Assembly: GCA_040904625.1 (NCBI GenBank)
Contig: JBBDTC010000001.1
Location: 32 to 41,298 of the forward strand
Direction of reading: 5' to 3'
DNA: 41,267 nucleotides
Origin: Gammaproteobacteria bacterium
GTDB lineage: Bacteria; Pseudomonadota; Gammaproteobacteria; Ga0077536
The position numbers and the translations under genes are program-made. Shown piece after piece: positions 35,785-41,267 of this stretch. Position 1 is the stretch's first letter; each line of letters opens with the position of its first letter. The notes under the pieces were generated by a model that searched no databases, had not been told where the DNA came from, and saw only the letters and a program-made list of their open reading frames with translations.

Positions 35785-36569
35785 TGCCGGAGCGCGATCT
35801 CGTCGTGGGCGGCATCCATGCTGTCCGTACCGCGCTCGAGTTGGCTCCCCAGGACGCACTCGAACTATGGCTGAGGCCGGAGCGCGATTCGCAGGTGCTC
35901 GAATCGATCGCGGCGCTGGCGCAGACGCTGGGCTTGACCGTGCATCCGGCCGAACTGCGCACGCTCGATCGATTATGCGGTGACAGCCATCACCAGGGCG
36001 TGGTGTTACGGCGCCGCGTACCGGCTAATCTGCCCCTGCATGCTTTGCTGCAACGGTTTGCCGGTAATGCCGCCGTGCCCTTGTTGCTGGTTCTGGACGG
36101 CGTGCAGGATCCGCGCAATTTCGGCGCCTGTCTGCGTGCCGCCGACGGCGCGGGTGTCGATGCCGTTGTCTACCCCCGCGACAAGAGCGCGCCGCTGTCG
36201 AGCGTCGTTGCCAAAGCGGCCAGTGGCGCCATCGACAGCGTTGCCCTGGTCACGGTGACCAATCTGGCCAGCGCTTTGACGGCACTCGCCGAGGCCGGGA
36301 TCTGGAACATCGGTACTGCGCACGACGCGCCGACCGATCTCTATGGCGCGGACTTCAGTCCTCCCGCCGCGCTCGTGCTCGGTGGCGAAGGGCGCGGTAT
36401 GCGGCGATTGACCCGCATGCGCTGTGACACCCTGGTACGAATACCCATGCATGGGCGGGTCCAGAATCTGAATGTGGCGACGGCGGCCGCGATCGGATTG
36501 TTCGAGGCCCGCCGCCAGCGCAGCGCCGGCAGCCACGGCAGCGCCGCAAAGGAAGCTCTGCAAAAGTGA
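35784..36569 (+). CDS. rlmB: 23S rRNA Gm2251 methyltransferase
   Basis: GIHAV, HQGV, LDGVQDPRNFGACLR, GGEGRGMR, NLNV; TGATG overlap with rnr. Confidence 0.95.
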   Translation: MPERDLVVGGIHAVRTALELAPQDALELWLRPERDSQVLESIAALAQTLGLTVHPAELRTLDRLCGDSHHQGVVLRRRVPANLPLHALLQRFAGNAAVPLLLVLDGVQDPRNFGACLRAADGAGVDAVVYPRDKSAPLSSVVAKAASGAIDSVALVTVTNLASALTALAEAGIWNIGTAHDAPTDLYGADFSPPAALVLGGEGRGMRRLTRMRCDTLVRIPMHGRVQNLNVATAAAIGLFEARRQRSAGSHGSAAKEALQK

Positions 36570-36763
36570 GCGAGCATGCCCCAGGCTAAGGCGCGCGGGC
36601 TCCGCGGAGCGCAGTTTATGCGTGATACAAAATCGCCGGGAGCGATTTTGAACAGCTCTGCTGGCCCGCAGGGCGCAGCGCAGGATGCCCGGAGTCAATG
36701 AGCACCGCAGGAGGCAGCGCTTCTGAAGCCAGCGGGCGGCGCAGCCACTTTTGCAGAGCTTCC
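36551..36763. mobile_element. MITE family C, full copy with nested insert
   Basis: Perfect 18-bp TIR GGAAGCTCTGCAAAAGTG / CACTTTTGCAGAGCTTCC; CAAA direct repeat at 36547-36550 and 36764-36767. Confidence 0.9.
36628..36696. repeat. 69-bp structured insert inside MITE C
   Basis: Absent from the copy at 6.3 kb; starts with the hairpin CAAAATCGC-CGGGA-GCGATTTTG, then GCCC-GCA-GGGC; removing it restores ATAAATGAGC. Confidence 0.75.
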
Positions 36764-36773
36764 CAAAATAACT

Positions 36774-36802
36774 TTGCACTGACGGCGTCATCCGCCTAGA
36801 AT
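36774..36802 (+). promoter_or_regulatory. Sigma70 promoter of the rpsF operon
   Basis: TTGCAC, 17 bp spacer, TAGAAT, then a GC-rich discriminator. Confidence 0.8.
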
Positions 36803-36824
36803 ACGCGGCCCCCACGCGGGGTTT

Positions 36825-36883
36825 CTCCTTGCTTCACCGCCAGATTTCTGAGATCGGGAAGCTTCAATCCACAGGGAGCCTAG
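36825..36883 (+). promoter_or_regulatory. rpsF leader (S6:S18 autoregulatory RNA)
   Basis: CTCCTTGCTTC...GAAGC-TTCAATCCAC-AGGGAG: the stem sequesters the SD and has a CC-containing internal loop, like the E. coli rpsF leader as recalled. Confidence 0.7.
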
Positions 36884-37402
36884 ATGAGACACTACGAAGT
36901 CGTGTTTCTGGTCCATCCTGACCAGAGCGAGCAGGTCGGCGCCATGATCGAACGCTATCGTTCGATGATCACGGGCACCGGCGGCCACATCCACCGTCTG
37001 GAAGATTGGGGTCGGCGTCAGCTCGCCTATCCGATCAACAAGATTCACAAAGCGCACTACGTGTTGATGAACATCGAGTGCGATGCGCCGACCTTGAACG
37101 AGTTGACCAGCGCATTCCGCTTCAATGATGCCGTGCTGAGGAACCTCGTCATCAACCGCCCCGGAGCCGACGTCGAACCGTCGCCGATCGCGCAGGCCAA
37201 GGACGAACAGTCCGAGCGCGACGAAGAGCGCAATCGCCGTCAGCAACGCGAACGCGAACGCGAACGCGAGCGCGAACGTGAAGCCAGCGATCGCGCCGAC
37301 CAGGCTGACAGTGACGACGACAGTGGCGACGACACTGGCGGGAAGGACATCACTGACGACGACGGTGAGCGCAACACACGGGACTCGAGCGTCGACGCTT
37401 GA
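36884..37402 (+). CDS. rpsF: 30S ribosomal protein S6
   Basis: [39 protein letters not shown]; long charged tail. Confidence 0.98.
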   Translation: MRHYEVVFLVHPDQSEQVGAMIERYRSMITGTGGHIHRLEDWGRRQLAYPINKIHKAHYVLMNIECDAPTLNELTSAFRFNDAVLRNLVINRPGADVEPSPIAQAKDEQSERDEERNRRQQREREREREREREASDRADQADSDDDSGDDTGGKDITDDDGERNTRDSSVDA

Positions 37403-37423
37403 CGCCCAGCAGGAGATTGACAC

Positions 37424-37648
37424 ATGGCCAAGTTTTTTCGGCGGCGGCGCTATTGCAAGTTCACGGCGGAAGGCGTCAAGGAGATCGATTACAAGGATCT
37501 GGCGACGCTGAAAGCCTATATCACCGAGAACGGCAAAATTGTGCCGAGCCGCATATCAGGCACGAATGTCCGTTACCAGCGCCAACTCGCAACCGCGGTA
37601 AAGCGTGCTCGATTCCTGGCTCTGCTACCGTACTGTGACGCACACTGA
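37424..37648 (+). CDS. rpsR: 30S ribosomal protein S18
   Basis: [36 protein letters not shown]. Confidence 0.98.
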   Translation: MAKFFRRRRYCKFTAEGVKEIDYKDLATLKAYITENGKIVPSRISGTNVRYQRQLATAVKRARFLALLPYCDAH

Positions 37649-37670
37649 GGTTTGAGCAGAGGGCCTGGCC

Positions 37671-38588
37671 GTGCGTTTCATCGCGCGGTTCGCGATGCGC
37701 GGGCCGTTTTATGCTGCGGCGGCGGCCGCTGCAACGATGCTCGCGGCCCTTTCGATCGGTCTGTTCGTCATCCTCAGCGGCGCAATCGTCGGCCTGGTGA
37801 CCCTGCGCCACGGTTCGCGTAAGGGTATTGAAGTCCTGGTTCTGGCCAGCGCCGCGGCGGTAGCGGTACGGCTGGTGACGGGCGGCGACGCACTGGCGAT
37901 GCTGGTGTTGTGCCTGGTCGTATGGCTGCCGGCCTGGTTGATGGCGATCAACCTCGGTCGTACCAGGCGCCAGGCCTTGCCGCTGATGATGATAGGCATA
38001 CTGGTCGGCGCCTATGCAGCGGCCATCCGCCTGGCGGTCGGTGATGTCGCCGCATTCTGGGCCCAGCGCCTGGATGTGCTATTCGATGCGCTGGCCGCTG
38101 ATGGCGGCCCCCGGCTCGCCCCCGAACAGGTAACCATGGTCGCCGCACAGATCCATCTGTGGACGTTGGTCGCGATGTTCGTGATGCTGGCGGCGACGAT
38201 TCTGCTGGCTCGCTGGTGGCAGGCGGCCTTGTTCAATCCGGGTGGATTCGGTGCGGAGTTCCGCGAGTTGAGCCTGCCGCGGTCGGTGTTCCCGGTGGCT
38301 CTGGCGGTGAGCCTGGTTTTTGCGGCCGATCAGTTTACCGGTGCCGGCTTGCCCATCGCCGGTGACGGTTTCGTCATCGTGGTGGTATTGTTCGCGTTCC
38401 AGGGTTTGGCGGTAATCCATTACCGTGCGCGCGCGGTGGCTCTGGCCCGCGGCTGGCTGGCTGGCCTGTACGTAATGCTCATGCTGACACCGCAGATCGT
38501 CGGCCCCATACTGGCGACGACGGGTATCGCCGACGGTTTCGCCGATTTCCGCCGCCTCACGCCGCGGCGGCGCGGGGGCGACGAATGA
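37671..38588 (+). CDS. DUF2232/YybS-like membrane protein
   Basis: Multiple TM helices, LARWWQAALFNPGGFGAEF; usual position between rpsR and rplI. Confidence 0.8.
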   Translation: MRFIARFAMRGPFYAAAAAAATMLAALSIGLFVILSGAIVGLVTLRHGSRKGIEVLVLASAAAVAVRLVTGGDALAMLVLCLVVWLPAWLMAINLGRTRRQALPLMMIGILVGAYAAAIRLAVGDVAAFWAQRLDVLFDALAADGGPRLAPEQVTMVAAQIHLWTLVAMFVMLAATILLARWWQAALFNPGGFGAEFRELSLPRSVFPVALAVSLVFAADQFTGAGLPIAGDGFVIVVVLFAFQGLAVIHYRARAVALARGWLAGLYVMLMLTPQIVGPILATTGIADGFADFRRLTPRRRGGDE

Positions 38589-38632
38589 GTGCGCGGTCCA
38601 AAGATTCGAGATGCTAACGAGGATAAGGAATT

Positions 38633-39097
38633 ATGGAAGTCATACTGCTGGAGAAGATTCATCGGCTGGGCGCTCTCGGCGATCGCGTTCAGGTTCGTGC
38701 GGGCTATGGTCGCAACTACCTCATTCCGCAGCGTAAGGCGGTGCCGGCGACGGCAGACAATGTCGCCCGCTTCGAGGAACAGCGGGCCGAGCTCGAACGC
38801 GCCCAGGCCGATCAGTTCGAAGCGGCCACGGCACGGGCCAAGGCGCTCGCCGACCTCACCGTGACCATCACCGCCAAGGCCGGGACGGAGGGCAAACTTT
38901 TCGGCTCGGTCGGCACGGCAGATATCGCCGCCGCTATCGAGGGCACCGGGATTGCCGTGGAGAAGCGTGAAGTCCGTTTGCCCAATGGTTCCCTGCGCGA
39001 AGTCGGCGACCACGCGGTGGAAGTCCATCTGCATGCTGACGTCAATGCGGAGATCACCGTGCGCATCGTCGCGGAGACCGGTCTGAACACGGCCTGA
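38633..39097 (+). CDS. rplI: 50S ribosomal protein L9
   Basis: [24 protein letters not shown]. Confidence 0.98.
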   Translation: MEVILLEKIHRLGALGDRVQVRAGYGRNYLIPQRKAVPATADNVARFEEQRAELERAQADQFEAATARAKALADLTVTITAKAGTEGKLFGSVGTADIAAAIEGTGIAVEKREVRLPNGSLREVGDHAVEVHLHADVNAEITVRIVAETGLNTA

Positions 39098-39154
39098 GGA
39101 CATGAGCACGCGGTATCTCTTGGCGGCTCGAGCCAACCTCGCACAGCGGCGAGC

Positions 39155-40549
39155 ATGGCTGTAGACAGCCCGGCGCGAGCGGTCGTCGATGCGGCGACCG
39201 AGGCGCTCAAGGTGCCGCCGCATTCGATCGAGGCCGAGCAGGCGGTGCTGGGCGGACTCATGCTGGACAACGAGGCGCTGGTCCAGGTAGCCGAGCGCAT
39301 CAGCGTCGAGGACTTCTACCGCCGCGACCACGGTGCCGTCTATCAAGCCGTCCAGCTGCTTGCCAACGATAACAAACCGTTCGATGTCGTCACGGTCGCC
39401 GAGTGGCTCGACAACAATGAGCAGCTCGACGATGTCGGCGGTATGGCCTATCTCGCCCAGCTGGCCGGCAATACGCCGAGCGCAGCGAATATCGCCGCTT
39501 ATGCGGATATCGTCCGCCAGCGATCGATCCTGCGCGAACTGATCAGGGCGGGTACGCAGATAGTCGAAAGCGCCTTCCGCACGGAGGGCCGCAGTCCCGA
39601 CGAACTGCTCGATATCGCCGAGAGCCTGGTCTTCCAGATCGCCGAGCGGGAGTCGCATGGTCGGCGCGGCTTCCGCCCGATCAAGGATCTCCTGGTCGAT
39701 GCCCTCGACCGCATCGACTACCTGTTCCAGCAAGACAATCCCATCACCGGCGTGGCCACTGGATTCGTCGATCTGGATCGCAAGACTGCAGGCCTGCAGA
39801 AATCCGACCTGGTCATCATTGCCGGCCGCCCTTCGATGGGCAAGACAGCTTTCGCACTGAATATCGCCCAGAACGCGGCGATCAAGGATCAGCTGCCGGT
39901 AGCGATCTTCAGTATGGAGATGCCGAGCGAACAGCTGGCCATGCGTATGTTGTCGTCGCTCGGCCGCATCGATCAGCATAAGGTGCGGACCGGCAAGCTG
40001 GCCGACGATGACTGGCCGCGGCTGACCAGTTCGGTCGGGATCCTGTCCGAGGTTCAGCTCTTCATCGACGATACGCCCGCATTGACGCCGGGCGATCTGC
40101 GGGCGCGCTGTCGCCGGCTGGCCCGCGAACATGGACTGGGTTTGATCGTCGTCGACTATCTTCAGCTCATGCAGGTGCCGGGCACGAAGGAGAATCGCAC
40201 GACCGAAATCTCCGAGATCTCGCGTTCACTGAAAGCCCTGGCCAAGGAGCTGCAGTGCCCGGTGATAGCGCTGTCGCAGCTCAACCGCAGCCTGGAGCAG
40301 CGCACCGACAAGCGTCCGGTGATGTCCGATCTGCGGGAATCCGGCGCCATCGAACAGGATGCCGACGTCATCATGTTCATCTACCGTGACGAAGTCTATG
40401 ACGAGGAGAGCACGGACAAGGGGATTGCCGAAATCATCATCGGCAAGCAGCGTAACGGCCCGATTGGTGTGTGCAAGCTGCGTTTCTTTGGTGAATTCAC
40501 CTTGTTCGAAAATCTCGCTCATGAATCCTTTGGTGGCGAGCGCGAATGA
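39155..40549 (+). CDS. dnaB: Replicative DNA helicase
   Basis: PPHSIEAEQAVLG, AGRPSMGKT, DYLQLM, SDLRESGAIEQDAD, KQRNGP; no intein. Confidence 0.98.
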   Translation: MAVDSPARAVVDAATEALKVPPHSIEAEQAVLGGLMLDNEALVQVAERISVEDFYRRDHGAVYQAVQLLANDNKPFDVVTVAEWLDNNEQLDDVGGMAYLAQLAGNTPSAANIAAYADIVRQRSILRELIRAGTQIVESAFRTEGRSPDELLDIAESLVFQIAERESHGRRGFRPIKDLLVDALDRIDYLFQQDNPITGVATGFVDLDRKTAGLQKSDLVIIAGRPSMGKTAFALNIAQNAAIKDQLPVAIFSMEMPSEQLAMRMLSSLGRIDQHKVRTGKLADDDWPRLTSSVGILSEVQLFIDDTPALTPGDLRARCRRLAREHGLGLIVVDYLQLMQVPGTKENRTTEISEISRSLKALAKELQCPVIALSQLNRSLEQRTDKRPVMSDLRESGAIEQDADVIMFIYRDEVYDEESTDKGIAEIIIGKQRNGPIGVCKLRFFGEFTLFENLAHESFGGERE

Positions 40550-41267
40550 CCCGCCCGGCGCGGGCGATAATCGATCCTCAGGCAGCCCGGCATAATCTGG
40601 CGCGTGTAAAGCGCCTCGTACCCCATGCGCGCGTGCTCGCGGTGGTCAAGGCCGACGCCTACGGCCATGGGATTGCTCGCATGGCGCGGATCCTTGCCGC
40701 AGCCGATGCGTTCGCTGTGGCTTCGCTGGAAGAGGCTGTCGAGCTCAAGGACAGCGGCGTTACGCAGCCGGTGGTGCTGCTCGAAGGGCCGTTCGATGCA
40801 GCCGAGCTCTCGACTATCGTCGAACTCGGGCTCGAAGTGGTCGTGCATACCGAGGAACAGGTGGCCATGCTCGTGGCCGCGCGCTGTAGGCTGCCGGTGT
40901 GGCTCAAGCTCGATTCCGGCATGCACCGCCTGGGCTTTTCACCGGAACGCTTCCCTCAGGCGCTGGCCGCACTGCGCGGCTGTGCGGCACCGCTGCGGTT
41001 CATGACTCACTTCGCCAACGCCCACCGGCGCGACGATCCGAGTATTCAGCGGCAACTCGCCGTATTCGAGCAAACCATCGGCGCGCTGCCCGGCGAGCGC
41101 AGCGTGGCCAATTCGGGCGCTATTGCCGGGCTCTCCGGGCGGCAGGGCGATTGGGTGCGGCCGGGTCTGATGCTGTACGGCGTCTCCCCCCTCGACGGCG
41201 AAACGGCAGCCAGCCTCGATCTGCGCCCGGTGATGACCCTGCGCTCACGTCTCATCGCCGTGCGCCG
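40546..41267 (+). CDS. alr: Alanine racemase, runs off the right edge of the window
   Basis: Manual translation: MTRPARAIID..AVVKADAYGHG..KLDSGMHRLG..MTHFANA..WVRPGLMLYG; ATGA overlap with dnaB. Confidence 0.95.
   Translation, partial: MTRPARAIIDPQAARHNLARVKRLVPHARVLAVVKADAYGHGIARMARILAAADAFAVASLEEAVELKDSGVTQPVVLLEGPFDAAELSTIVELGLEVVVHTEEQVAMLVAARCRLPVWLKLDSGMHRLGFSPERFPQALAALRGCAAPLRFMTHFANAHRRDDPSIQRQLAVFEQTIGALPGERSVANSGAIAGLSGRQGDWVRPGLMLYGVSPLDGETAASLDLRPVMTLRSRLIAVR

Noticed and set aside
37403-37423. Absence of priB between rpsF and rpsR
   Set aside because: Common in many gammaproteobacterial lineages; not unusual.

Overview
GC-rich chromosome segment that looks gammaproteobacterial (inferred from the rnr-rlmB-rpsF-rpsR-DUF2232-rplI-dnaB-alr synteny and an E. 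coli-type LexA box). Left to right: the integrase end of an element inserted at tRNA-Arg(CCT); a GAF-GAF-PAS adenylate cyclase; glnS; a PilZ/degenerate GGDEF-EAL protein coupled to a cNMP-binding Ser/Thr kinase; dgkA; an isocitrate dehydrogenase-family gene; lexA-imuA-imuB with no dnaE2; an 11-gene sphingolipid (ceramide) synthesis/modification/export cluster; a Dke1-type dioxygenase; a lower-GC islet next to tRNA-Leu(CAG); and a housekeeping block. In the islet, an NO-sensing NorR/sigma54 promoter drives a Nitrosomonas-type nirK-ncgB-ncgC-ncgA operon with no NO reductase. The best candidates for an undescribed system are (1) this operon, possibly an NO-inducible NO-oxidising chain, and (2) the variant sphingolipid cluster with an AspH-type hydroxylase and a Tam41-like transferase. 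Intergenic DNA carries several MITE families that sit on or supply stop codons, and one has a nested insert. All family assignments come from motif reading and recalled sequences; no database search was run.
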